Assembly: GCA_026026165.1 (NCBI GenBank)
Contig: JAPEUD010000108.1
Coordinates: 1-53,138 of the forward strand
Direction of reading: 5' to 3'
Source of the DNA: Sarea resinae
Lineage: Eukaryota
Length of the DNA stretch: 53,138 nt
Positions 1-12,976 of this stretch are shown piece by piece. Both the position numbers and the translations under genes were made by a program. Below the pieces are notes generated by a model. The model made no database searches and was not told where the DNA came from. It saw nothing but the letters and a program-made list of their open reading frames with translations. Each line of letters begins with the position of its first letter. Within the stretch, counting starts at the first letter, position 1.

Positions 1-132
1 TCCTTCTCCTTCTCCTTCTCCTTCTCCTTCTCCTTCTCCTTCTCCTTCTCCTTCTCCTTCTCCTTCTCCTTCTCCTTCTCCTTCTCCTTCTCCTTCTCCT
101 TCTCCTTCTCCTTCTCCTTCTCCTTCTCCTTC
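1..132. repeat. (TCCTTC)n hexanucleotide microsatellite, truncated by the window edge
   Basis: About 22 perfect TCCTTC units from base 1. Confidence 0.97.
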
Positions 133-310
133 TTCCTCTCACCGTCTTCCTGCTACTATTACTACTACGGCCCCTGAACCGTGATTATAAGCATCGCCCA
201 GCTGCACCTTGTGGCTTCCTTTAATTTGACATTCATTTAATGGATTGAGTCTTTCCGACCATCTCTGGCCATCTGCGATCACCTGGCGTCTTCGACTAGA
301 TCCTCTCGCC

Positions 311-1576
311 ATGTCGCGAACTGCTTACGGGCGCCAGTGCAGTGGCCTGGAAAGCTTACCTCCGGAGCTCATCGTCACAATCCTGGAACATTGTGATGAT
401 GTCCAGTCCCTTGTCTGAGGAATCTCGATATCTCCTTACATAGAAGACGTCTTCGCCTCCGTGTATGCGTCTTCTGCTCCGGCCCTTCTCGACAACGCCA
501 TAGCATCATCGTTATCAGTTCATGCTCGAACGTATCTGTATGCTACATTCGCAGCCAAGTATCATCCGCCTCACCTGGCCTTGATGCCCAGGTTCTTTGT
601 AAATCATATCGGGAAAAAAGACCGAAAGACTGCATATATCTGCAAAGATCCGCTGCGCAACTTAGCCGCTACTGCTCGCGAGATGGCCCACATGATTGAC
701 GAAGTTGATCTGCTAGCAAATTGTTTCGTCAAACATCGATTTAGCAGACTGGACGTGCCGTTGACGCCAGAAGAGATGGATCGGATCCATCACAGTCTTT
801 GGCATCTTCAGCTTCTCTGTCAGCTTTTCAACGACCCTATCGAAGCCACTGACGACTTTATGGACCAACATCACCTTGCCGACTTCATGATCCGACTTCA
901 GCTTTGGGAAACCCTAGAAATGAGTAGCATGTACCTGTTTCTTCACCAGCTCATCAATACTCGCCGAGGTGTGCAGAGAGTCGCTGAAGAGCCGGATCCT
1001 ATTGCAAGCGCAAGAAACGGGGGCCAGCCCTTGTCTGTACGATCAGCTCATTCCTACAGACTTTTCTCGAAGCTTGTTACCAGTCGCTGGGGTATACATA
1101 GAATTACGGAAGACGATCATTCTATCATTATGGATAACAACGAGGCCTCTTCTCTGTTATCCGCTCTTTCCCGTGGCATTCTCTCTAATTCATTCGTTCG
1201 GGGCGTCCTGTTATCCCCGCTTGAGGATCATATCTACGTTTCTATGGCAACAACGAAAAGAATACCTTGCCGAGAAATCCCTGATGGGAAATGGACTAAC
1301 AAGAGCGACCCAAGCGTTGGCTGGAATGAGCTTCAAGACCGACTGTTCAGCCGCCGTCACAACGGCTACAGGCGATTGTTCACCGAGCTTGGCATCATCT
1401 TCTGGGGCGCAGAGCGTATGCGAAGCCAAGCTGAATTGATAGCCAAGTATAAAATTTGGGCCGGGAAGGCATATTCCTGGCAGAAGAATCTCGAGGGCTC
1501 CTGGGAAGTCTGCCTGTTCGATTATGTTGATCATGTATCGGGGGTAGGCAGGTATGGGCTTGTGCTGGGAATTTGA
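311..1576 (+). pseudogene. F-box-domain protein gene with a premature in-frame TGA (416-418)
   Basis: GCC-ATG at 311 reads MSRTAYGRQCSGLESLPPELIVTILEHCDDVQSLV*GISISPYIEDVF, an LxxLPxEL..IL F-box motif. It is in frame with the 461-1576 ORF, and no plausible intron removes the stop. Confidence 0.7.
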
Positions 1577-2142
1577 ACGCGCAACTCCGAGGACATATTA
1601 ATGCGACGAAAAGATACCTGAGCATTTCTCATCGCATACTTATCGGAAAACGCTGTCCTCACATCCTACTTTGAATTGTTTTGGCATCCTTGGGCGGATG
1701 TAGCTGCTGTACTTGTACCTGTTTTGCGGGTAGAGTCTTTGTCCCGTGAATCTACTGGTCGAACTATGATGGGATCACAGTGTCTTGCGGAAGCAAATTG
1801 GAGGATGGTGACGGCACGGTTTTGGCGATTTCGGAGACAAAACGCAGTATACTTGCATGAAGATGAATCAAAACAATATGTACAGAGATTTCAGAAACCC
1901 CACACATTCAAGTAGCTAGTCTCGTTCAATAATACAGGATTGTTATTATTTTCATTTCAAGGTCACGAGCATCTATCATCTTCAACGTTCAAGTCTACCT
2001 AGATAGGTGCCTAAGGCAGATATCTATCCATTCTGACATACTGCGTACCTTACTAACGCCCCGAGCACGTTGAGAAGAAAAGTCATTCCGGCCCAGCCTA
2101 CGGACCGGCCGTCTATTTCTTCGGCCTCTTCTCTCTTCTCTC

Positions 2143-2177
2143 TTCTTCTTCTTCTTCTTCTTCTTCTTCTTCTTCTT
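2143..2177. repeat. (CTT)n microsatellite
   Basis: Run of CTT units seen directly. Confidence 0.9.
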
Positions 2178-4674
2178 GCCTCGGTATCATCCATGTGACT
2201 CTGTACGTTACTGCAGTCCGTCCTGTCCTGTCCTATCCTGTTCTGCATCAAATCAGTCGTCCAGTCTCGCGGCCGGAAACACTGGTGCATGCATCCATTT
2301 CAACTCCCTCTATCCATCTAGAGTAATGTAATGTAAATATCTGTACTGTATAGCTCGAATGCTTTTTCAAAAGTTCGGGATAAATACCAATGCAGACACC
2401 AATGCAGACACAAGAAATGCAGTCATACGTTCAGTAGGTAGGCAAAATACGCCCGGCTGTGCTGCGGACCTTGGGAACCCTGGTCAAGGGGGGAAGAGTC
2501 TGGGAGCTTGGGGCACGCACCACTGGGGAGATGATATGTATGGAGTAGTATGTAGGGAGGGGGAGCAGGGCGCTAAAAGATGGTGGAGGGGTGGGCTTTG
2601 TTCGGATTGCGGGGAAGAGGCGTTGCATTACCTTAGAAATACGGGGTAGAAGTAGGTACAGTACCAGGGGGAGTGGGAGGAGGAGGGAGGGAGGGCAGGG
2701 GGAAGGGGGGCAAGCGCTACTGCGGACATGAGATGGATGCGACATGCGTCGCCACGCCACGAGCGAGAAACATCTGACCTCAGCTCTCGGGCAGCTTGGG
2801 CGGTCAATTTAGCCCATTGTTTACATAGTAGTAATAGTAGTAGTGCAGTGCGGAGTAGAGTACGGAGGATGCAGTACTGTGCACGCCGAAATCAAATAAG
2901 TCTACGAATTTGGAGTAGGGGTAGAGTGTGACCGGCTGATTTGAGTCCGCTACTACTCTCTTCTAGGTTGCTGTCAAAAATCTAGTCGAGCGTGTGACCG
3001 ACGGCTAGCTTACAAGTAGTTGGTAGGTCGACAGAGGCCGAGCAGCGAGCAGCCTTACGAGTTTTACTATATACAGGCGGATGGAGTACGTAATCGAGTG
3101 CTGCTGGCGTTGTTTGGGGATTGGATGTATGAGCATACTGTAAGTTAGGTGGTTTACTAAGGTACGGTATGTACAAGCACATAGGGATGTATGACCCCGT
3201 GATGAGATCCATGAGATCAATCTGATGTCGCCATGTCGTCCGTTCCTGCAGCCGGGTGGCTTTCCTCGGCGTCTCTGTCATCTTGTCCTGCGGCACCGCG
3301 AGCGGTTTTCTGGGAAAAAGCAATATCCAAAGCAGGCATGAGGGCGGTTACGCAGTATGGATGGATGCTCGTCGGCTTGGCATGGACATGGACCTGTGTA
3401 AGGTATTCTTAAATCACGATCCAGCCTGACCGCAGGTCCACCACCGCTTCTTCTGTTGTTGCAGCAATCATGTTTACCAAATCAACAGATGGTTCATACT
3501 TTGCACCATCGTCACCACCGTTTGCATGCTTGACGACTTCACCATGGCAGTGCTACTCGTACTCTATTTACATACAAGTACTCCACATGGGCGCTGGATT
3601 GGAAACGATCGACCCCGCACAATTGCCCATGTGGATGGCGAGATCAAGACAGCTGGTGGTAGACCGAGTTCCTATTACCCCCTCGAAACTGGAGCCCCTC
3701 TGTCTTCTCCACCGGGGCTTACACGTCGCCGGCGGAGGTGAGTAATGGGTGTGTATGGCAACAGGTCCAATATCCAGTAGGATTTGGGAGAAATTGCACA
3801 AGGGCAACAGAGAGGCTTCGTGCTGTGGTCCGGCCGTGGTGCCATAACGTAAGGAAAACGTTGGATGGGCTGTTGGCCACGAAGGCGGCGAAAGAGCGGC
3901 ACTGGATCGTGTGGATCGGTAGATCGGTAGAGCAGCCGAACACCTTCATGGGTACATGATTCGTGCAATGGAAGGACGCTGAAGGTGACGGATGTGAAAA
4001 TTTGCAGGAAGGATCTTCAGGCACGAGTACCTCTCTCGGCGGCCAGCCACGGTGTACGACGCAGTAAGCCCGGCCTGGCCGCCTTGTACCTCTGGCCGCT
4101 TTTACGTGGATGCGTCGATGCCGTCACTCGGCCACAGCGTCTGTGACTTCGGTCGGAACTCGCGAAACGCATCTCTGACGGCGCCACTGCCGTTAACTGG
4201 AAAGCGTCGGTTCTTTTCATGAAGAAACCAAGGGAAAAACACTAACAGTGCCCAGAATGCCCGAGTCATCACTCTGGCCCATCCGCAGTCCTCTGCTGTC
4301 CATCCATCCATCCAGACTAATTCTCGTCGGCCCGTCGCTCTGCCTCCCTCCGCCTTTTGTCTGCGTGACCACAGAATACTGGAGAAGATGCCGTTAACTG
4401 CATAGTTCTTGCAGTTAACGGCATCGTGGCTTTTGCCTGCAGAGATTTCACCATCTTCCACAATGACTCCTCGCAAAGACGTGCGACGAGCCTCGATGCC
4501 TATATAATCACTCTTCACCACTTGGATCGATCAGACTGACCACACCAGCATTTACCACCTCTACAGACATTTACCCTCAAGCATATCAGAGACTCTACTC
4601 AACTCAAGCAATCAAACCAAAAACGGTCATTTACCCTCTCAAATCCCCTCGAAGTCATTACATCATCATCCAGC

Positions 4675-5154
4675 ATGGTATTCCACCTGACTGAGCCGCA
4701 CCCATCGGTGCCATCCACCTCCTACATCCACTCTGGCCGCGGCGGTGCTGGCAACGTCGTGCATGTTCCTGCCAACAGCACCACACCATCAACCACCGCT
4801 TCTGGCCCTGCCGCTCGCATCCCTCTCCCAGCCCCACCAGCCAACGAGCGCTTTGCTGCTGGCCGTGGTGGTTTCGGAAACATGCACACCAACAGCGAGC
4901 GTGCCATCTTCAGCTTCGATGAGGAGCTCGAACGCCAGCGCGCCATTGCCGGCCGTGAGGCACCCGTCTTCCACATCGGTCGTGGTGGAGCCGGCAATGC
5001 CGTCGACGACCACCCGAGACCAAGGAGCGGTCGTCTCAACTCCATCGACTCGACTGCCAGCCGTGACAGCGATGACAGCGGCGCCGGCGCTCGGGCACGC
5101 CGGAGCATCGATGGCGTTCTCGACAGACTCAGCCATACCTTTTCGAGGAACTGA
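4675..5154 (+). CDS. PAR32: DUF3602 / Par32-like protein
   Basis: Three GRGG(A/F)GN motifs (HSGRGGAGNV, AGRGGFGNM, HIGRGGAGNA) typical of Par32/DUF3602; TATATAA at ~4501. The symbol reflects family resemblance only. Confidence 0.8.
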   Translation: MVFHLTEPHPSVPSTSYIHSGRGGAGNVVHVPANSTTPSTTASGPAARIPLPAPPANERFAAGRGGFGNMHTNSERAIFSFDEELERQRAIAGREAPVFHIGRGGAGNAVDDHPRPRSGRLNSIDSTASRDSDDSGAGARARRSIDGVLDRLSHTFSRN

Positions 5155-6047
5155 AGAGAAAGACTCGCTGTCTAGGATTCTCTTTCAACTCTTTGAATTC
5201 TCATCAGCGAGATATCCTCGTCGTCTGTCTACACCAGCAATCAGCATACCCTCCAAATTTTCATCCAGTATACCCCCTCGTCAATGGTCAGATGGACTAG
5301 ACGTCGCCACAAAAGCCTTGGCGCCTTCGATCCAACGACCCAGCACGATCTTCTTTCAACATCCATCAAAATATCCACGACTGGTCCAATGACGGAATTG
5401 CATCTGCATCCGCGTCCGACCCATGAGCACGAGCATACGCATACGCATCTGCATTTCCAATCGCATCGCGTCTGCTTCGTCATTGCTTTGCCAGTTTGAT
5501 TCTTTCCGCGTCATTCACAACGCATATCACGATAACGATCACGACCCCAAAAGTGCTTTTCTGCGTCTGGAGTTTGTGCACCATCGGCATTTGTGTATTC
5601 AGGCGGTCGGTGTTACTAGGAAAGGGGAAATATTTGGAAAATACCCCAGGGATCTGACCGAGGTGATCAGAGCATTACTATCTACCAACGTAGCACATAG
5701 CACATAGCACGATTTAATCAATAATCTTTTCCACAAATTCTCGTGCACAGATTGAGAATTGGAGATGCGAGATGACCATCATTCAAATAAAAACCTCTAA
5801 GCTAACATGGTCTAAGCTAAGATGAATGTATCGCAATTGAGAGCGCTCTCGTAGGGTGCAAGCCACGTAGTACACCCCATTACCCTGCACGCGAAAGCGA
5901 GCGTCAACTCTGACATCACTGTTATCATTATTTCTTTCGCACGCAAAGCAAACTTCCACAATTGAAGGATCTCATGACAACACCGACCTCAATGCAGATA
6001 CCGTTTTGGTGAAAATAAATGTCCAAACATTTCCTGCATTGAACACC

Positions 6048-7774
6048 ATGTTTGCCTTTCAGATTCCTCGCAGCCTCTTACGGTCGTCCACCGCTGGTGT
6101 CGGCATCGCAGCTATAAGTCGCAGAGCTGTGTCCACGCTGCAGGGGAATCCGCACATCGTAAGAGCCATCCTGCTTCTTCCAACCAACATCCCTCAGAAA
6201 TAGAACCTCTCTCCACTCCGCCCAGGGAAGCCAGCTCACCAACCCCTTTTCTCTACAGTACGTATTCCCCTCGACACCAGTGCCGTCGAATCAAGAGCCG
6301 ACCTCACACATCCTCTCGCTCCTCCCTACCACGCCCCCTACGCCGGCCCTCAGCCTAGGCACTACCACCGCCATCCCGCCGACGCCGCAGTCCTTTTCCG
6401 AAAACCCAGCCTTCCTGCCCCTGCTGCACCGCGTGCTCGCCGAATACGCGACGCACGACCCGGACACGCAGGCGCAGGCGCAGGCGATGGCGTCGACGGC
6501 CGGCGCGGGCCTCGGCAGCGGTGGTGTTTTCTTCCCGGGCCAGCGACAGCGCCAGGAGAAGAGGCGAGGCGGCAAAAGCTATGGCGGGGGTGGCGGGGCC
6601 GGAGGCGATGGTGCGGGGGGAGCGAGTGCGCAGGGCGGCGCGGGCGGTGGCGGCGTCGGCGGTATGTTTGTGTTCTACTGTTGTTGATTTGCTTGCTTGG
6701 TGGTCATCGTATAGATGGATAGATTGAATTGAGATGAGAGACTGATTCTGGGTGGACTGTAGGCTGGATCCATGTTAGCGATCAACGGAATCCGCCTGAC
6801 TTTGGTACGTCTGGGAACACACCCTCCCTCCATCCACCGCTTTTTTATTTCAATATGTTTCCCCCTTTCTTCTCTATTCCGTTACCTCCCCCGTCAAAGT
6901 TTCCTGTGCCCCTGGCAGTAAGAACCAAGCTCAACTAACGCCATCGTTGACATACAGGTCGTATACGTAAGACCCCCCTTTCTACTCCCCCTTTGACCTG
7001 TCCCACACTACCCTCCTTAACTCAACCATTCTGTCCTCGTTCCCATTCCCATCCCAGCTCCCGTCCGTCCACAAGCAGGCAGGCACACTAACACAGCCGC
7101 TCCCGGCCCCACCATCCAGCCTTCCCCGAAGACATCTTCGGCAGTCTCGAAGTGGACGGACACGGCCAATTCGTCGGCGAGCACGGCAGCTACCAGCCCT
7201 CGGGCACGTATCGGATCGTCACTCGTGAGGGAATGTACGTGTTTAGTTTTTCTTTTTTCTTCTTCCTTCCCCCTAAAGAAAAGGAAAGAAAAGGGGAAGG
7301 GTGGAGAGGGGCGGCAGGGATCTTTGCTTCTTTCTCCTCTTGCCGTTATTATTACCATCATCACCGTCCTAGTCGTCGATTCTCGTTTTTCTCGTTCGTT
7401 CGTTTGCACGTCGTTGCTGGAATAGCTAAGGTAGACGGCCAGCTAGACAGCTAGTCAGCTAGTCGCCCTTTGCCGTACCGCTCCGCATAACCCAAGCCTT
7501 GTGTTTCTATCACCTCCCCCCTCACCCTTCCTTCTCTTTCCTCGCCCTCTATCACTATCTTCATCTCCACTTCCACGACCACTTCCGCCACCACTATCTC
7601 TATCTTCATCTCCACCACCTCTATCTCTATTTTCACCTCCACTACCTCTATCCCAAAACCAAAACCAAAACCAACCACTAACTAAGCTAAACTAAAACCC
7701 ACAGATTCGGACTCTCGCCCTTCCTGCGCGAGAAACTGGTCGAGCGCTTACGGACGCTGGAGAAACAGCAGTAA
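6048..7774 (+). CDS. Conserved fungal hypothetical protein, probable mitochondrial presequence, 6 exons
   Basis: Exons 6048-6158, 6259-6661, 6763-6804, 6958-6966, 7120-7234 and 7705-7774 with GT-AG introns join into one frame ending GWIHVSDQRNPPDFGRIPFPEDIFGSLEVDG...YQPSGTYRIVTREGIFGLSPFLREKLVERLRTLEKQQ*. The N-terminus is Arg/Ser-rich with no acidic residues. Confidence 0.85.
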
Positions 7775-8215
7775 CAAAACTAAAAAAAAAAAAAAAAAAA
7801 TGGGGGCAGGAGAAGAGAAAATGAGGGAGGGCCGGGGGCGAAGGGGGTGGATAGGGGGGAAGAGGGGAAAAGGGGAAAAGGGAAAGGTGGAAAGGGGGAA
7901 GTTGATCATGGATCGATGGATCGATCTATCGATTAATTGCTTAATGGGTCGATTTGCACAGAAGATCAATCTGGTTTCAATTGAATCGAATTGGATTTGT
8001 GGGGACTACAGGACTCTAGACTAGACCACACGAGCCAAATCCCCCAATTAGCCACCTAGCCAGCCAAGCCAAAGGGCTCGTTGCCAGACTACGCTACCCT
8101 ACAGTAAGAAGAAAGAAAGAAAGAAACAAAAAACCCCGAGAAAAAAGACAACGACGGCACCAAAACAACCCAACAAACGGCCCAGCCCGCACCGCACCGC
8201 ACCGCACCGCACAAC

Positions 8216-10270
8216 TCAGCCGCCGCGCGGCGGGGCCCTCGGTCCCAGGATCTGCCTCCGGCCCGCCCCGATCCCAATGCCCTGGTCGCCTCTGTTCTGC
8301 GAGCCCCCGCCCAGCCAGCCGTACTGATGTACATCCCAGGTCTCGCCGCGGGGGCCGAAGCCGGCGGCGGCCCCGTCGGCGTGGCCGTCGTGGTTCTTGG
8401 AGGCCGCCGCTTGGCGCGTCTCCGTCTGCGCGGCTTCCCATTCGCGTTGTCGCTCGCGCTCGCGCTCCATTTCGCGCTCGAGCAGCGATGAGGTCGTGCG
8501 TTTGGGCATGGTCGTGGCGGGCGTGGTGGTTTTGGCTTTGGTGCCGGTGCTGGGTGGCGGGGATGGCGAGGCGATGGAGTTGTTGTTGTTGTTGTTGCTG
8601 TTGGTGGCGGCAGCGGTGACGGGGGTGGCGGCGACGGGCGGCCGGTACGGCGTATATGTTTTCTTGGGGTCGGGGAGTGGGCGCGATGATGTTGCTGTTG
8701 TTGCTGCTGCTGCTGTTGGTGCATGTGATGTGGACGGGGCGTCTGGAAGGGGCCGAGGCGGTTGTGGTGGTGGGGGTTTTGAGAAGGCCGAAGGAATGGA
8801 GGTGGAGAGGGCCGTTGGCGACGTGGTGGCATTTTGTCTGCCCCATTCGCGACGGAGATAGTCACGCTCGTCATCCTGCCAGCCGCCGTCGTTGTCATCC
8901 GTGTCCGTCGCTTGAGCAGCCGGCGTTGCTGTGGTCAGCAAAGGCGATGACTGTGGTTCACGCAGAAGGCTTTTCTGACGTTCCTGTTCGTATTGCCGCT
9001 CCCGCTGGCGCGCTTCTTCCAGTTCACGCTCCAACTGGCGGATCCGCTCGCTTTCGGCCGAATGCTCGTGCTTGGGGAGCCGAGCTTGCTGTTCCGCCTG
9101 GTACTGGCTCAGGAACTGACCGCGAAGACGATTGTCGCTGATGATTCTCTTCGCTTGATGATCTCGCTCGGCGCGGAGCTCGGTTTCTTTTTCCTCTTGA
9201 ATCCGACGCTCTTCTTCGGCTTTCCATTTCTTGTCTTCTTCCTCCCAGCGGCGCGACTCTTCCTGCGCTTCGAGGAGCTCCTTCTCACGCCGTTTGCGCG
9301 TTTCATCTTCCCAGCGCTGTTCCTCGGCGATTCTATCACGCTCCTCCTCGGCTTCTCTCTCTGTCTGACGTTTGTATTCGGCCTCTTCGGCTTGTATCTT
9401 AAGACGCTCTTCCTCCTCTTGCCGCCGTTTCTCCTTTTCTGCCAAGCTGGGAACCATAGGTGAAGCCGTTGTGATCTGTCTCCTTGCTCCAAACGAAATC
9501 CCTTGATTGCCCTGGCTGGCTCCACCCATGTAACCGTACTGATGAATGTTCCACGCTGGAGCCGTATTGACTTCGTCGGCCTTCTTGCTCCAGCTACTGA
9601 CCCCCCCGGTCCGTGGGGAAGCGGGGAGCCCATTTGCGGATGGTTTCGACGAATTCGAGCTTCCAGTCAATGTAGGGCTCATGCCCGCCAGCGCTGGTGA
9701 CCTGGACTCGCCAGCATTGCTAAATCCTCTACCTCTACCCTTGTCGCTGGCGCCAGTCTGGGTCGGGCTCATGGAATTCGTCTTCCCTTTCGGCCCAATG
9801 CTTCGTGGGAAACGACTCGGTTGCAGCCCGTTTGCCGCTCTGCTAAAGGAACTAAGACATTGCAGCACTTGTGCCGGATCCTTGGCTTCGTAGAGATCGA
9901 CGGTCAGGAAGACATCGTGCGGTGGGAGGCTCAGGGGTGGGAGCTGACACGCGCGTAGGAAATGGGATATATTTTCCATCTGCACGAACGGCATGGGCGA
10001 GATTTTGTATTTGACACCCGGCGAAGGAACCACGAGGTTGACCAATCTAATAGATCGAGCTGTCAGCCTATAGTAAGTCATGAATGTGAAAGAAGTGACT
10101 TACTTGCACAGTGCGACGCCGTCCTTGAGGGCATCAAGTAGATCGCCGCCTGCCAGTCGTTCACCCAACACTTCCTCGATCCAATCACGCACTTCATTCG
10201 CGGCCTGCGGTGTATATTTTGATAGGCGCATATTGCGCAGATCTTTGTCCAGAGACGTCACGGACGCCAT
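8216..10270 (-). CDS. SCP1: Calponin-homology (transgelin/Scp1-like) actin-binding protein
   Basis: Exon 1 10270-10104 (MASVTSLDKDL...WIEEVLGE...LKDGVALCK), intron 10103-10047, exon 2 10046-8216 (FVQMENISHFL...DLYEAKD). Two calponin-repeat-like motifs: QYGYMGGASQ and QYGWLGGGSQ. Confidence 0.88.
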
Positions 10271-10777
10271 GATGATGATGTTGACGATCCTTCACTCAGG
10301 CTCTGTTCTGGTAAGTTGTAGCTTTTGTTGGTGGTGAAAGAAGCCTGTTTTGGCGTATTTTCCCAAAAGAATGGATGATGGCGACGTGATGAGCGAGAAT
10401 GTTGATTTCGTGCTTGCTGTATTGGGCAAGAATGAATCCCCTGTAGCTCGGGTATCCACAAGAGAAGCAACAGACGGACTCACTCTCTTCTGATGTTTGA
10501 AGAGGTAGTCCCAAAATTGTTAAAATCGGGTTGAAGACGACAATATTTACAAAGAATGCGGTGGAAGGAGTCGAGTAGAGACAATTGGCGCGTGGAATGT
10601 GTAATTACGAGTCGTCATCTCACCTGCCACAGGGCTGAGGGGCCCTCTCGGCCCAACGTCAACGTCAGTGCCGTGTGCTGTGGCGGTGCACATCCGAGCC
10701 TACCCTCTACAGCTCCAGACTTCTTTTTGACAGATTCAAAACACCGTCATCGACAATCATAATCACAGTCATCCACC

Positions 10778-11453
10778 ATGACAAGCTCACTGAAGCGTGC
10801 CTGGTACAGGTGGAAGAGTCTACGACTGCCATGGCGACGGCAATTCCTCGTTGGTGCGTAATGCTCTATTCGGTGGAAACAAAGATCATTCAAGAACTAA
10901 CAAGTCAACCCCAGGATTCGACCTCTCAAACAACACTTTCTGGGAATTTAAAGATCATATCAACACCAACCGGATGCGGCGAATCATCCGCTACAGTCAC
11001 CCCACGCACTTCTCCGACATCAAGATCTCCCCTCAGTGGCACCAATGGCTCCGTCATGTGCGCGAGACACCCCCATCGCTGAACGAACAGCGCGCCGAGC
11101 TCGTGCGTCAGGAACAAATGAAACAGCTCGCTGCCCGCGCAGATGCGAGATGGGCGAGTAAGCCGTCGTTTTTAGATAGTCCGGCAAAGGGCCAGCCATC
11201 GCCGACAACCATGCCACGAGATCAGGGCGAGTATGGTGGCGTCGATCTAGGCAATGAGGGAAAGGAAGGGGTTAGGAACGCTGTTGCGGGGGCGGAGGGG
11301 TTGGCGGATAGCAAGGAAATCAAAGCGGCGAAGGAGGAAGCGAAAGAGAAAGGGAAAGATCCTTGGGAGCAGGCAAAGAGAGCACGAGGGGGACCGAGTG
11401 AGGATTGGCAGCCTACCGCTTGGTCACCAACTTCTAAACGGGCACAGCGTTGA
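10778..11453 (+). CDS. NDUFAF2: NDUFA12-family complex I assembly factor (NDUFAF2/B17.2L-like)
   Basis: Exon 1 10778-10853 (MTSSLKRAWYRWKSLRLPWRRQFLVG), intron 10854-10914, exon 2 G-FDLSNNTFWEF...RRIIRY...PQWHQWLRHVRETPPS, C-terminal WQPTAWSP. Confidence 0.85.
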
Positions 11454-11815
11454 TATTCATCAACATTAGGACAGGACAGTCAAGGGTCTACGGTTGGGCA
11501 AGGTAAAATCTAGGGGTAAAGTGCATCTCTTATTGTTTATATAAGTGTACAGGTTATGCATATAGTGGCGTTAGGATATAGGATGAAGCTCAGAGAGCTG
11601 GAGCAATCGACGTCACTCATCACCTCTCAGCCTAATCTAATTTGTTCGAGAAAGTCACCAGCTCATGTAAAAATTCGTTATCATAACAGGTATGAGTTCA
11701 TCCTAATCCAATCCTGAATTCGATCCAGACACCACAACTACGGAATTGAGGAACGGCATTTGCATCACTTTTTTGTTATTTCTTCCCAACTCGCAAAATT
11801 TCGGACGATTGTCTC

Positions 11816-12976
11816 TCAACCGAATTTGCTTCTTGGCTGCTGTTCCTTGACACCATCGATAAAAATGTCGACTTTCTCATTATAGAAGCAGACGTATCCC
11901 GCGACCTGCAACGATTCCTGGGTAGGGTATCGGTAGTACCAGATGACGTCTCTATAGTCCTTAGAGCCAACTCGAACGGTATAGTAGCTGCAGGAGGCCA
12001 TAGTATCAGAGTAGTTGAGGATAAATGATAATAAACGAAGACACTGAGGGTTTGAGTGATATTAACATATTCCGAAACTCACTTTGCTTCACCCTTGTAC
12101 GGGCATTTGGAGGTTGTGTTGCTAGGATTAATGTACTCCCAATCAACCTGTCAAACTCACCCTTTAGCCCATGTCTCCGTAATACTCAGCCGCAAGGACT
12201 CTGGGATGATGGAGATACGCACGGAGGTCTGTGGCATATAATATCGCACAGGTAAACCCGTCTCGAATAAGAATCTGCACGCGCTGCTCTCTGCAATCGT
12301 CTGGCCGTCAATCTGGACTCTGATATGCCTGGTAGAGGGGAGAATATCGACACGCTTATAGGGATCTTTTGGATGGACCTCAATCTGTTGGTCTTCCTCA
12401 TACCACGCATCTGGGCTCGCAAAGAAGAGTCGATTAGTAACGTATCAATATCGTAAATGCTTCATCCAAGACAACATGTCGTATGCATTCAGCAAAGAGA
12501 CGGGTAAATACCGACACCGCCAAAGTCCACCCTCACTAAGCCATCTAATCCCCACTTCTTTGCCCTCTCACCCTCAAATCCAACCACGCCACCATAATCT
12601 CCACCATCGGCCTTCACGCTACCGAACCATGCCCCATCTCCGGTGCCATTCCCACCCCCGTCAGACGGGCCAAAGCTCATCATTGTCCTATCGTCTCGCA
12701 CTAATGACCCTTTCTTGAAGCTATCAACCGGGAGGTAGAACTGCGGATAGTAAGGATGCTCCCACACGTGCCGCGCAGATGTCGTATCGACGATAAATGT
12801 CTGCCGGAACCTGATGCGGACGCGGCGGGGCGTGACCTCTATTTTATTAGGTCCATGGGCCAAAAGAGTCTGTGCCAGTTTTTGGAGGCGGTGGGTGAGG
12901 TGTTCAAAGCTTCTGTCCTTTCCTTAGTGAGAGTGTCCATCATAGGAGGGGAGCGAGAAGATGCTCACTCCGCCAT
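11816..12976 (-). CDS. Tandem DUF427-domain protein, 5 exons
   Basis: Exons 12976-12969, 12912-12512, 12410-12223, 12147-12083, 11987-11816. Motifs WEHPYYPQFYLP, HPKDPYKRVD, LFETGLPVRYY, CPYKGEANYY and WYYRYP. Confidence 0.88.

Noticed and set aside
3470..3959. Possible spliced gene (ORF ending at a GTGAGT donor at 3738)
   Set aside because: No recognisable domain and no convincing branch point or acceptor; probably upstream sequence of the PAR32-like gene.
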